Shown piece after piece: positions 49,219 to 59,365 of a stretch of DNA of 64,000 nucleotides. The DNA is taken from NCBI GenBank assembly GCA_965223415.1, contig OZ245002.1, positions 2,976,001 through 3,040,000 of the forward strand. The letters are read 5' to 3'. The notes beneath the pieces are model-generated. The model was not told where the DNA came from. It saw nothing but the letters and a program-made list of their open reading frames with translations, and did no database searches. The translations under genes and the position numbers were made by a program. Origin of the DNA: Myxococcota bacterium (GTDB lineage Bacteria > Myxococcota_A > UBA9160 > UBA6930). The number at the start of each line of letters is the position of its first letter. The stretch's first letter is position 1.

Positions 49219-50149
49219 CTAAGTCGCACCGCTGTCGAGGGGAAGCACGTCCGCATTCGCGGCTCCGCTCATCGCCGCGCTGATCCGATTCCCGATCCCG
49301 TTCGTGGCCTTCCGGAGGGGGTCGTCTGCGAGGTGCGCGTAGCGGGCGGTGGTGCCGGGTTGGCGGTGACCCAGCAACGCCCCGAGGACGGGAAGACCCA
49401 GATGGCTCGCCACTCCAACCGAGGCGAACGAGTGGCGGAGGTCATGGAGTCGCACTCCGGGGAGCCCTGCCCGATCTCGGACCAGGGACCAGGGCTTCGC
49501 GATGTTGACGAGGGGCCTCCCAGGCACTCTTCCCGGGAAGACCCACCCCGATGCCTTGGTGTATCCGAACAGGTCCGCGAGGACGGACTGGGCCGCCGTG
49601 TTGAGAACCACAGCCCTCGGCTCCGTCTTGGTCTCGCGGAGGAAGATCCTGCCTTCGGGAAGCCGCACGTCGCTCCACCGCAAGGCTAGTGTCTCTCCCA
49701 CCCGGAGCCCGGTCAGCGCCAGGAAGCGAATCGCTGACCCGGCCACCCGGGAGATGGCCGTCTCGGCCACGAGGCTGTCCAGGGCCTGGCCGAGCCGCTC
49801 GTACTCGTCGAGCGAGAGGTGGCGGTCCCGCTTTCGCTCCTTGAACTTGGGGATCTCTTTCGCAGGGTTCTCATGGTTCTTGGGCAGCAGCCCCTCGCGA
49901 AGCGCGTAGGAGAACATCGCACGCGTCACCTTCAAGACCCGGTTCGCAAGGACCGGGGTTTTCTTCATGCGCACGTGGATTCTGGAGAGGTCGGATCGGG
50001 AGACGTCGGTGATGAGCAGGCTTCCAAGCCTCGGCACCAGGTGCTTCTCGAGGACGTGCCGTGCTTCGCGCTGCGTGGCCCGGCGGGAGTGCACCTCGAC
50101 GTACTGGGAGAGGTACCGGTCGACCAGCTCGCGAACCGAGAGAGTGGCC
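49219..50149 (-). pseudogene. Tyrosine integrase, core-binding + catalytic part (split by IS21)
   Basis: TGLRVGE, TK, HDLRHSFAS, LLGHRQPGTTARYAH. Confidence 0.9.
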
Positions 50150-50284
50150 TGTCGAGGGACGTCATCTCTTGCGCGCTAAGAGGACGGCTAGTTTTGCGCA
50201 CCCCCCTGGGTTGATGTTCGGTTCTTCCTTCTTCTCTTCCGCTCTCCGAAGGAGAGCACGGCCGTCAGGCCGCCCTCTGGGGCC

Positions 50285-51085
50285 TCAACGCTGGGCGCTT
50301 TGCCCCGCGGCCTGCTCGAGCTCGCGGAGCCGGTAGCTCCGCCCCGAGATGTTGAGCACCTGGCTGTGGTGGAGGAGGCGATCGAGGATGGCGGTGGCCA
50401 GCACCTCGTCGCCCGCCAGCACCTCGGGCCAGTCGGCGATGCCCTTGTTCGTGGTGATCAGGATCGAGCCCCTCCCATAGCGGTAGGAGACGAGCCGGAA
50501 GAAGAGGCTCGCCTCCTGGCGCGTCATGGGCTCGAAGCCGACCTCGTCGATGACGAGGAGCGCCACGTTCATGTGCTTGCGCCGCCGCAGCCGTTGCGGG
50601 CTGATCTCGGCGTCGCGCTTGAGGGCCGCCAGCAGGTCCTCGAGGCGATGGAAGGCCACGGAGAAGCCGTTCTCCACGGCCCGCACCCCCAGGGCCACCG
50701 CCAGGTGGGTCTTGCCCACTCCCGGCGGACCCTGGATCAGCAGACTCTCCTTGGCCCGGATCCACGCGCAGGTGCCCAGCGTCTCGATCCGGCTCCGCTC
50801 CACACTCGGCTGGAAGGCGAAGTCGAAGTTGCCGAGGGTCTGCCCCGTGGGAAGGCCCGAGAGACGGAGCGAGGTCTTCATCCTCCGCTCCTCGCGGTGC
50901 TGCAGCTCGGCCTCGAGCAGCAGGTCGAGGAAGCGGTGGGGCACGAGGTCGTCCTTGGTCGCTCGGGCCAGCTCCTCGCCGATGTGCTCGGCCGCGTGAT
51001 GGAGGCCGAGGCGCACGAGCCGCTCGCGGGTCGGGTCGAGATCCACCTTGCCGCCCTTCTTGGGCACCGGGTTTCCCGCCGTCAT
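50285..51085 (-). CDS. istB: IS21 helper ATPase IstB
   Basis: Same translation as 45410-46210. Confidence 0.95.
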   Translation of the reverse strand: MTAGNPVPKKGGKVDLDPTRERLVRLGLHHAAEHIGEELARATKDDLVPHRFLDLLLEAELQHREERRMKTSLRLSGLPTGQTLGNFDFAFQPSVERSRIETLGTCAWIRAKESLLIQGPPGVGKTHLAVALGVRAVENGFSVAFHRLEDLLAALKRDAEISPQRLRRRKHMNVALLVIDEVGFEPMTRQEASLFFRLVSYRYGRGSILITTNKGIADWPEVLAGDEVLATAILDRLLHHSQVLNISGRSYRLRELEQAAGQSAQR

Positions 51086-52320
51086 CGCGCCACCTCCGCC
51101 AGATCGGCATAGAGGTCGATCGGCCGCTGCTCCGGCTCCATCGCCCACAGCTCCTGGAGGCGTCGACCCATGCGCCCGAGCGGTACGGGCGCCTCCACCC
51201 CCTCCGTGCTCGGCCCCTCGTAGTGGCTCGGGTCCAGCAGCAGGCGGCTTCGCGTGTGGCGCGGGTGCGCGGCCACCACCGAGCCCTCGGCCCAGACCTG
51301 CACCTGCCGGGCGCAGCCGCGCACCTCGACGCTCTGCTCGACGAAGCGGAAGGGGACGCTGTAGGTACGCCCCTCGAAGCGCACCGTGGCGTCGCGCCCG
51401 ACACGTCGCATCACGGCCAGGTCGAAGGGCTCGGGAAGCCGCTCGGGCAGGGCCCCGAGATGGGGCTTCTCCGCCTCCCACGCCTGGAAGACCGTCGTGC
51501 CCGTCGCCGGGCACTGCCGCCGGTGGCTCGAGCGCGCCACCTGGCCGTCCGTCCACGCTTGCAGCGACTCCAGGCTCTCGTGCTCCCGCCGACGCGGATC
51601 GAAGCCCCGCCGGTGCCCCAGGATCCGACGCTCCACCTTCCCCTTCTCCTGCGGCTGGCGGGGACGGGTGGCGTCCACGTGGAAGCGAAGGGCCCCGGCA
51701 TAGCTCGCGTAAGCCGGGTTCACCGTCCCCCATGGCCCCGCCCCCTTCGCCACCGCTGTCTTCACGTTGTCGACCCGCAGCACCGCCGGCACCCCGCCCA
51801 GCCGCTCGAAGGCCCGGTTGTGCACGTCCAGCCACGCCAGCGTGTCCGCCCGCTCCGACCACACCACCGCTTCTCGCCGCGAGTGCGAGAGCACCAGGTG
51901 GAAGGCATGCAGGTCCACCTCCTGGCCCCCGATCCGCACGCCCGGAAACTCGCCCCAGTCCACCTGACCCTGCGCCCCGGGCGGTGTCTCCACCCGACGC
52001 CGGCTCCGCACCTTCGGTCTCGGGAACCGGGCCCGCACGTACCGCTGCACGCTCTTGGAGCTCCCCGTGTACCCGTGCTCCTCCACCAGGAACTCGTGAA
52101 GCTCCTGCAGGTTCACGCCACGGCCTCCCGAGCTCGCCTCCAGCCACTCCGCGATCACCTCGTGGACCGCCTCGGCCAGGAAGGGCTTCCCGCTCCGGCC
52201 GTCTCGCGCCCCCTCCGCCAGCCGCTTCAGCCGGTAGCGCACCGCGCTCTCCCGGATCCCCAGCTGGCGGGCGATCTCCCGGTTCGAGCACCCCCGCTCG
52301 TGCAGCACTTCGATCGTCAT
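51082..52320 (-). CDS. istA: IS21 transposase IstA
   Basis: Same translation as 44175-45413. Confidence 0.92.
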   Translation of the reverse strand: MTIEVLHERGCSNREIARQLGIRESAVRYRLKRLAEGARDGRSGKPFLAEAVHEVIAEWLEASSGGRGVNLQELHEFLVEEHGYTGSSKSVQRYVRARFPRPKVRSRRRVETPPGAQGQVDWGEFPGVRIGGQEVDLHAFHLVLSHSRREAVVWSERADTLAWLDVHNRAFERLGGVPAVLRVDNVKTAVAKGAGPWGTVNPAYASYAGALRFHVDATRPRQPQEKGKVERRILGHRRGFDPRRREHESLESLQAWTDGQVARSSHRRQCPATGTTVFQAWEAEKPHLGALPERLPEPFDLAVMRRVGRDATVRFEGRTYSVPFRFVEQSVEVRGCARQVQVWAEGSVVAAHPRHTRSRLLLDPSHYEGPSTEGVEAPVPLGRMGRRLQELWAMEPEQRPIDLYADLAEVAR

Positions 52321-52451
52321 CACTTCCTCCTGCCTCAGTCGCCGCTGCCCCACGCCCCCCTCCCTCACGGGGAACGTGCCGCGCAGCGGCTCAACAGGAG
52401 GTGCGCAAATCTACGTGTCCTCTTAGCCCTCGAATATCACGTCCTGCGACA

Positions 52452-52594
52452 CGGTACTGGATGACGAAGCTCTTGACGCCCGAAGGCTTGACCCGGACAC
52501 CGAATCGACGCAGCTCCTCGTCCCAGACGATGATCTCGCGCTCCCCCGGTGCTTCGAGGTCATCGATGGCCGTCTTGGTGAGGCGAATGCGCAT
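52452..52594 (-). pseudogene. Integrase N-terminal arm-binding (DUF4102-like) fragment
   Basis: MRIRLTKTAIDDL...VWDEELRRFGVRVKPSGVKSFVIQYR. Confidence 0.85.
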
Positions 52595-52764
52595 CCAGGG
52601 ACAACCGGTCTCGGGTAAGCGAGAGGTAAGCAGGAACAAGCGCGATCGAGCGCATTCATGGTGGCACGCTCGCTCCAGGTTGTCATTGGAAACGTGTGTT
52701 ATTTCAGATGCTTATCGTGCTCTTGCGTACAGTCGCGAACGCATGAGAAAGTGAGCGAAGTCAC

Positions 52765-52821
52765 TAGAGCTGTTGCCTTCTAAGCAGCGGGTCGCAGGTT
52801 CGAGTCCTGCCCGGGGCGCCA
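52765..52821 (+). other. tRNA-Arg(TCT) 3' fragment, integrase att site (not an intact tRNA)
   Basis: Anticodon arm GTTGC-CTTCTAA-GCAGC, T-arm GCAGG-TTCGAGT-CCTGC, CCGGGGC-G-CCA; the 5' acceptor strand GCCCCGG is absent upstream. Confidence 0.85.
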
Positions 52822-52846
52822 GCACTTACGCGATTCGAGTTTCTCT

Positions 52847-52909
52847 ACCGTAAGCACACCGTAAGCAAATGGCGGCCGAATTGTGCCTAGGAGTTCTGCG
52901 CCGTAAGCA
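52847..52909. repeat. (A/G)CCGTAAGCA x3, probable arm-type sites
   Basis: Copies at 52847, 52858 and 52900; related GGTAAGC pair at ~52614 and ~52625. Confidence 0.6.
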
Positions 52910-53135
52910 CCACTTCCCGCCGGCGACCTGGGCAACTCGGAACCGTTGCACACGCGTCGAAAGACCAATTGAGAAGACCCTACGGGCTGGATCTTCAGCC
53001 ACGTTCGGCCGGGTCGGCCGCCTCTCAGGGGCCATGAGCTCGGTGGAACTCCGGGAAGCGCGGGTCGAGGCGCACTTCCTCTTCGATGAGGCGCTCGGCG
53101 CTTGAAACAAGTCGGCATCAAGATTCTCCTTCTGT

Positions 53136-53693
53136 CTAGCCGACAACGCCCCGTGCAATGACGCTAGGCACTTCTTCGGCTTGATTCAGCCGCTCGAGGA
53201 TCGGGCGTTCCAGAACCGCCTCCAATGCCCTTGTTGCCTCGCCGCCCTTGCCGGCACGCTCAAGGTTGACGAACTCTTCGGACGCGAGTTCGTGGGCGAC
53301 GAGATGATGTAGCAAGGTGTAGTCGACCGACTCGTAGGCGTCTGCATCGTTCGCCGCTTCGTCGTCCGGCACGTATCTCGTAAAGAGCTCGGGGTGAACT
53401 GTCGCACCGAAGTTGTCGAGAAAGGTCTGCCAGTCACCCTCGCCGATCTTCAGGCCTAGTTCGATACCGCCGCGATAGAAAGGAGGCTCGATCGGAGGCG
53501 GGACGACGCCCTCCGCCGATAGTGCTTGACCACACAGGAGCATGTTGGTCGTTTCGATGCGCCGAAACAGGTCGATCTTCCTTTTTTCCACGGGGTCTGA
53601 GCGGAGAAGGATGCCGGCCTCTGCCATCGCGGCGCCCGCCGCTTCGGCGCGGTAGCAGAACGAGAGCGCATCGACGTATTGATCACGGTTCAT
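53136..53693 (-). CDS. Hypothetical protein, possibly ferritin-like fold
   Basis: Helical; spaced E and HE residues (YRAEAAG...IE...VAHE). Confidence 0.55.
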   Translation of the reverse strand: MNRDQYVDALSFCYRAEAAGAAMAEAGILLRSDPVEKRKIDLFRRIETTNMLLCGQALSAEGVVPPPIEPPFYRGGIELGLKIGEGDWQTFLDNFGATVHPELFTRYVPDDEAANDADAYESVDYTLLHHLVAHELASEEFVNLERAGKGGEATRALEAVLERPILERLNQAEEVPSVIARGVVG

Positions 53694-53795
53694 TGATCGC
53701 CTTCCGCATGTGTAGGGCCGCGCTCGCGACTCGAGCCAGCACCCGAACTGATCTGTCGAGAACGGCGCGAGCGACGTGCCTCTATTCCGGCCGCT

Positions 53796-54953
53796 CTACC
53801 TGTTGACGATTCTCTCTGCTTCGGAGTTCAACATGACCTGGTCGTAGTGCTCCTGACTCTGTTTCGCCGTGCGACCGGCAGGCCCGTACTCGAAGACCGC
53901 GCTCCAACGGAACGGTCCTTCTTCGGAGGTTGGCGGCGTCCCCGCGTGAAGTCCGTCGCCGTAGTGCAACAGAAAATCGCCTGGCTCCGCGTCGACTCCC
54001 ACACCGAGCTGATAGTCGGGATCGTGGAACCGGAAACCGGCGGTACGCCAGGATCCGGGAAGGAAGCGAAGCTGGCCGGTTTCTCGATTGGCGGCGTTCA
54101 GGAAGAGGCTGCCATTCATGAGCGGACACATCAGCTTGTGTCCGCCGAGCCCGCAGTCGCGGTGCCACGGTTGGTCGGCCAAGGCATCAGACGCCATCCG
54201 CGACTGCTTATAGAGGACCGACACACCCTGGTCAGGTGTCGGTTCGAGATCGAACCGTGATAGTCCCACGATCTTCACCAGCCTCGGATCCAAGGGGAAG
54301 GCGCGCATCCGCGGATCGACATCCGCCTTGAGCACGCGCGCGAGAGTTCGACGTCCATCCTCGTGGGTGGACCACCAGGATCGTCCGTCTTCGTCGACCG
54401 CGTCCCGGCGCACCGTCGATGCGGCCTCGACGAGTCCCTCGACATCGGCGGGAGTGAGGACGTCGCGGACGTGGATGAAGCCCGCGGCATCGAGGAATTC
54501 AGCCATGCGCGTCGGGTCGTCGTCCGGATGGAAGGATTGGGCGGCGTCGATTTCGTTTCCGACGGCGTCCGAAATCGGTTGTGTGGGGTCCCACGGACGG
54601 AGCTCTTCGTAGAGGACGCGAAGGGCCGTTTCCCATTGAACGAAGTCGGTAGCCTCGCCCGAGAGGATCTTCGCCCGCTGGTTCATCAGAAGACCCATGG
54701 GCGTCTCGGTGGAGTCCCACAGGCCTTGCCAAGACGCCTCGGTCAGCTCGACGACGGTTGCCGCCTCTGAGCCTCGAGAGAGCGTGATCGATCCGTCCGC
54801 TTCCGAGTAGCACCAGGCACGCCCATTGCTGAGTCGGATCGAGAGGGGAGGGAGGCCGTGCGTTTGCGTGGCCGCGAGCGCCCCCCAGCCGTCGGCGATC
54901 CTGTCTGGGAGGATGCGTTCGTGTGCCAGGTCGAAATCTGCCATCGATTCCAT
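53796..54953 (-). CDS. Phytanoyl-CoA dioxygenase (Fe/2OG) family protein with SCP2-like N-terminus
   Basis: GFIHVRDVL, PWHRD, AEPGDFLLH...LHAG. Confidence 0.8.
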   Translation of the reverse strand: MESMADFDLAHERILPDRIADGWGALAATQTHGLPPLSIRLSNGRAWCYSEADGSITLSRGSEAATVVELTEASWQGLWDSTETPMGLLMNQRAKILSGEATDFVQWETALRVLYEELRPWDPTQPISDAVGNEIDAAQSFHPDDDPTRMAEFLDAAGFIHVRDVLTPADVEGLVEAASTVRRDAVDEDGRSWWSTHEDGRRTLARVLKADVDPRMRAFPLDPRLVKIVGLSRFDLEPTPDQGVSVLYKQSRMASDALADQPWHRDCGLGGHKLMCPLMNGSLFLNAANRETGQLRFLPGSWRTAGFRFHDPDYQLGVGVDAEPGDFLLHYGDGLHAGTPPTSEEGPFRWSAVFEYGPAGRTAKQSQEHYDQVMLNSEAERIVNR

Positions 54954-55106
54954 GTGGAGTCTCCCGTAGTCGATGGAGGTAGGTGCCCCGTGGTCGGGCG
55001 AAGCGCCACATTCGGCCAGTCCGCAATATGGGCTTCGATTCTTGCAAACAGGACATTATGTTGCAATAGTGGCGGCGGGCAACCGGCGAGCGAGGGATCC
55101 CACACG

Positions 55107-55712
55107 ATGAGCACGGTCGTTCGCGACAGCGGTCAAGAGACAGGCGCCCCCGGGACGATCCGTCCTGGCGGGCGTACGGAGCGGTGTCGACAGGCGGTGG
55201 CGGAAGCGGCGCTCGCGCTTCTTCGCCGCGGCCACACGGCACTTTCCCCCGCACTGGTCGCGGAGGAGGCCGGCGTCGCGCGAAGCACCGTCTATCGTCG
55301 CTGGCCGACGCGTGGCGACCTGCTGCGGGAGGCGCAGACGCTTCACACGAGCCGTCTTCGGGCACCCGATGCAGGCAACTTCGCGGAGGACGTTCGAGGC
55401 CTCGCACTCCGTCTCGCCCGCTTCTTCTCGGATCCGACCGAGATCGCTATGAACGTCGCAATGGCGACGCATACGGATCCGGACTTTAACGACTGGCAGG
55501 TCCAGGCTTGGAACGAGACGACGATCGAGCTCTCGAGTCCATTTCGCCGCGCGATGGAGCGTGGCGAGCTCCCGCGCGAAGCCGACGTCGCGTCGCTCGT
55601 CCAGATGCTCGTGAGTCCGATGGTCGTTCAGACGGTCTTGACCAAGCGGCGGGTCACTCGACGCGACGCCCTTCGGCTCGCTGATCAGGTGATACGTCTT
55701 GCATCGTGCTGA
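55107..55712 (+). CDS. TetR/AcrR family regulator
   Basis: RPGGRT...VAEEAGVARSTVYRRWPT. Confidence 0.88.
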   Translation: MSTVVRDSGQETGAPGTIRPGGRTERCRQAVAEAALALLRRGHTALSPALVAEEAGVARSTVYRRWPTRGDLLREAQTLHTSRLRAPDAGNFAEDVRGLALRLARFFSDPTEIAMNVAMATHTDPDFNDWQVQAWNETTIELSSPFRRAMERGELPREADVASLVQMLVSPMVVQTVLTKRRVTRRDALRLADQVIRLASC

Positions 55713-56164
55713 CTGAGATCGACATCGGTGAACCTCACGGGCGGCCAATCGACCGTCATCTGGTCGTTCCCTGTCGCGAAGTAGGTCTGGCTCGACCGGG
55801 ATCGCCGGCGCGTTCTCATCCTCGGCGGCAGGACCCTCGACCCGAAGGCAAAGCTCGCGGACGCGCCGGGACGCTCGCTCGACGGCTTCGACCACGTCCG
55901 CGTCTACATACGCTGGAACATCGCGAACAGCATCGAGGAGCACGATCAGGAGGTCTGGTCCGTGACGCTGGAGGGCCGGATTCCCTTCGCCAGCGCCGAC
56001 GGCACGGTTCGCCTCCACGCCGATGCGCTTCCGATCGGTGAGTTCTCGAGCGAGATTCCCGCCCGGCGCCTCGCTGCCGTGGTCGGCTCGCAGACCGGTC
56101 TGAAGATCCTCGACACCGGGCACGACAACACGGCCCAGACAGCCGCCACCGGCATCCCGCGCCG

Positions 56165-57018
56165 TTAGTACTGACGCAGCCGTCGTTGCACGTGCGCCTG
56201 CCGCACGGCGATCTCTGAGCGCCGCTCTTCCTCGGTGTACCGCGGGACGTCGTCGGGCAGGTGCTGGGCTAGGGCGTCGAAGCGGACCTTCGTCCCTTCG
56301 ATGGTAGGCCGATTCTCGCCGGCGGGCTCCTCGGGATAGGTGAAGCGGTGCACCATGCTGCCACGCGGCAACCCCGTCGTGTCGAGCCAGTTCCGGATGC
56401 CGGGATCCCGGTGCGCCACGACGTAGGTGATGCTGCCGTCGCTGCTTCTGTGGGCCTGGTGGTCGTTGCGGCTGCTCACCGCATTGGCGTAGTCCAGTGA
56501 CGCCATCCAGTAGTCGTACAGGTGGAACGCCAGTTCGCGACGCTCGCCGCCTTGCCCTCGATCCGGTACCGGTCCTCGGCGTCGATGGCGGCGTTCAGAT
56601 AGATCTGATCCGCGTTGTCGCCGGTCCACTTGTTCAGCAGGGTCATCGAACGGTTGAAGTAGGGGAAGCGGCCGTCCTGCTGGATCTCCTCTTCGATGAG
56701 TCTCGCGACGTAGCCGAACACGTAGCGGTAGCCATCGACCAGGTTCCGATCGGTCGGGATGTCGGGATCGATCCCGACCGGCGGGAGCGGAGACCGGGCC
56801 CGCAGCGTCTCGTCGATGCCGTCGCGGCCGCGCGAGATCCCGTCGACGAAGCCCTGCCAGGCATCCTGCAGCTCGGAGATCGACGGGTTGTCGGCGTAGA
56901 GCTCGGCAATCGCGGCGATGTCCGTGGTGCCGGCGCTCTCCTCGGGGGTGTCGGTGGCCCAGTAGATCAACAGCCCGAGGGCCACCGCAACGGCGATCGC
57001 GACCGCAGCCTTTCGCAT
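56165..57018 (-). pseudogene. DUF1214-family protein, internally deleted and frameshifted
   Basis: N-part (signal, GDNADQIY) and C-part (SLDYANAVSS...DPGIRNWLDT) lie in different frames and join near 56540. Confidence 0.75.
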
Positions 57019-57102
57019 GATTCGTTCCTCGGTGGGTGATCGGCCGGAATTCTAGGATCCCCGTGCGCTGCGGACCCGACCGCCTGGGCGATTTTCGACG
57101 CC

Positions 57103-57307
57103 ATGGATCACGGATCGCGTCGGCATCGTGACGGGTGCCGCCACCGGGATCGGCCGTGCGACCGCGATCGCCCGGGCGCGAGTAGGCGCCCGTGGCGTCG
57201 TTCTCGCGGACATCGGCGACATGGCAGAGACCGCTGCCGGGGTCTCGAAGGCGGGGCGTAGGAAGAAGAAGCGGGCTGTTTCGGGGGGGGGGGGCGACGT
57301 CCGATGA
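57103..57307 (+). pseudogene. Short-chain dehydrogenase 5' remnant
   Basis: GIVTGAATGIGRATA...VVLADI is out of frame with its ATG; ends after a G12 run. Confidence 0.65.
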
Positions 57308-57595
57308 CCCCTCGTGATGTCCAATCCCTGGGGGAGTTCGGGCAGAAGCGGCCGTAGGAATCATTCGACCGGCCTTTTCATCATGCGGTAGCAGGGAGCA
57401 GCTGTCCAGCAGTGGTTGCGGAGGACCTTGGCGAGGGCGTGGGCTTGTCGGACTCGCGGAACGCATTCCGGGAGAGCTGCCCGGGGCCTGTGTGGCAGCT
57501 CATGCTGCGGCCAGGCCGTCATGCCCGAGTTCCTAGGCCGGCCGTCGGGTCTGTACTTTCCCCGCGACACAGCTCGAGCGGGCAGGGGGTATTCG

Positions 57596-58405
57596 ATGGA
57601 AGTTCTGATTGCGTTTCTGATGGCGACTGTGGCCAACACCATCCTCGGCGTCGACGGCGGCGTGCTGGCCGACGTGCAGATCGGCAAGCTCGGGCTCAAG
57701 GAGCGCGCACACTTCTGGGCGCGATCGACCACGTTGTTCGTGGCGGCCTGCGTCCGTGTCGCCATGATCTTCGCGGTCTCGTCGCTCGCCTTCCTGCTCG
57801 AGCCGCAGGCCGACTGGTGGTGGCTGCCGAACCGCTGGTTCAGCGAACACCCCGAGGAGCTCCTGTGGCGGCATCTGCTGCTGTTCCTCGGCGCGGGCGT
57901 CGTCCTGGCGATCGTGATCTACGAGTACTGGCACGGCTTCCAGGAGGCGGCACTGGGCCATCATGTGCACCACGACGAAGCGACGAAGGCGCCGACCAGC
58001 GGGTTCGCGCGTGGCCTTCGCATTGCGCTCGCCCTGCTCGGCGTGCAGCTGTTGCTCGGCATCTTCGGCGTCGACCAGGTCTTCCTGATGATGTCGCTGA
58101 TGGACATCGATACCCAGTTCGGCTGGATGGTGACGAGCATCCTCCTCGCCAACCTCATCATGATCGTCGGAATGGTCCCGATCTCACGCATCATCCGGCG
58201 CTCGCCGCACACCAAGTTCCTGACGCTCAGCATGCTGATCGTGATCGCCGTGAAGCTCGCGATCGACGGCTCGGGCGGGCACTTCTCGGATGGACTGATG
58301 ATGTTCATCCTCTTCATGCTGCTGATGAACGATGGTGCGCAGGCCCTCAGAGACCGGCTCGTCAGCCAGCGCCTCGCCCGGGAGCAGGCGACCGCGGCCG
58401 CCTAG
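57596..58405 (+). CDS. TerC-family integral membrane protein
   Basis: ILGVDG, FGVDQV, multiple TMs, LIVIAVKL. Confidence 0.7.
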   Translation: MEVLIAFLMATVANTILGVDGGVLADVQIGKLGLKERAHFWARSTTLFVAACVRVAMIFAVSSLAFLLEPQADWWWLPNRWFSEHPEELLWRHLLLFLGAGVVLAIVIYEYWHGFQEAALGHHVHHDEATKAPTSGFARGLRIALALLGVQLLLGIFGVDQVFLMMSLMDIDTQFGWMVTSILLANLIMIVGMVPISRIIRRSPHTKFLTLSMLIVIAVKLAIDGSGGHFSDGLMMFILFMLLMNDGAQALRDRLVSQRLAREQATAAA

Positions 58406-58419
58406 TGTCGAGCGGTAGG

Positions 58420-58520
58420 ACAGTCGAGACGCCTGACTCTCCCGCGACACCGTCGATTCCGGTGGTGTGGACTCTCTCGGGCAAAGAGCTCGAGGGCCTT
58501 GGTGAAGACGGTCCTCGCCT
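58420..58520 (-). pseudogene. TetR HTH remnant (frameshifted)
   Basis: VFTKALELFARE and VHTTGIDGVAGESGVS in adjacent frames. Confidence 0.45.
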
Positions 58521-58894
58521 GCGTCGCGCCACCGGGTGATGGTCGCTCGGGGCCTCGTCGAAGGGATCGGATTCCTGAGAAATCGCGTCGCGAAGGGTTG
58601 AGCGGAGAGATTCGCAACAGAGTGGCGACCCCGTGAGGCGTCCTGCAAGTCCTCGACTCTTGAGATGTTCTTCGAATGGAAAACGGCACCGACCCAGGTT
58701 CGAAGCCCGTTCGCGACGCAAGCGATGACGGGGACTTACGAGCTTGAGAGTGGCAGGAAGCGGCATGGAGCGGCACACGCCGGCACCCATGACGGCACCA
58801 GGCTGGCGGCTGTGGTCCGAGAGCCGGGTCCGCGGAGATGCCGCCCTGCGTCATGTGGATCCGCCTCCACGGGAGCCGCTACGTTGCACTCACC

Positions 58895-59365
58895 GTGCTG
58901 GACCTGGCAGAAGAATTCCGCGCCCTGGTGGGCGCGCTCGAAGCGGCTCGGGTCGAGTTCGCCGTCTGTGGTGGACTGGCCGTTGCGATTCATGCGCAGC
59001 CGCGCGCAACGATGGATATCGATCTGCTGCTTCGATCCGATTCGGTCGAGGCCGCGAAAGAGGTCGCGCGGACGCTCGGGTACACGATCGAATCGGGGCC
59101 GATGGCGATCCGGCCCGATGTCATCGAGATCCAACGCCTCACGAAGGCCGATCCGGACTCGGGAGATCTCCTGAGCATCGACTTCCTTCTCGTGACGCGG
59201 GAGTTGGAAGGGGTGTGGGCGGGAAGGGAACGGGTGGGGTGGGAGTTCGGCGAGCTGCCGGTCGTCTCGCGCGCAGGTCTGATCCAGATGAAGCGTCTCC
59301 GTGCGAGCGGCCAGGATCTCGACGACATTCGCGCGCTCGAGGAGGACGACGATGGCGAAGCCTGA
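58895..59365 (+). CDS. Nucleotidyltransferase-fold protein (MNT/AbiEii-like)
   Basis: AVCGGLAVAIH..PRATMDIDLL...LIQMK...QDLDDI. Confidence 0.8.
   Translation: MLDLAEEFRALVGALEAARVEFAVCGGLAVAIHAQPRATMDIDLLLRSDSVEAAKEVARTLGYTIESGPMAIRPDVIEIQRLTKADPDSGDLLSIDFLLVTRELEGVWAGRERVGWEFGELPVVSRAGLIQMKRLRASGQDLDDIRALEEDDDGEA

Larger units (their letters stand above)
50150..52451 (-). mobile_element. IS21-family element B, copy 2 (inverted, 2302 bp)
   Basis: Reverse complement of 44044-46345 with identical ORF translations; no TSD. Confidence 0.93.

Noticed and set aside
52745..52821. Intact tRNA-Arg
   Set aside because: The 5' acceptor strand and first half of the D-arm are missing; annotated as an att fragment.
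55790..55796. In-frame TAG as possible pyrrolysine codon
   Set aside because: No recognisable protein family or pyl context; it lies in a pseudogene tract.
57320..57595. Possible yybP-ykoY riboswitch upstream of the TerC-like gene
   Set aside because: GGGGAGT is present but I could not find the remaining consensus elements; an Infernal/Rfam scan would decide.
58694..58712. GGTTCGAAGCCC T-loop-like sequence
   Set aside because: No acceptor or anticodon arms and no convincing stem.
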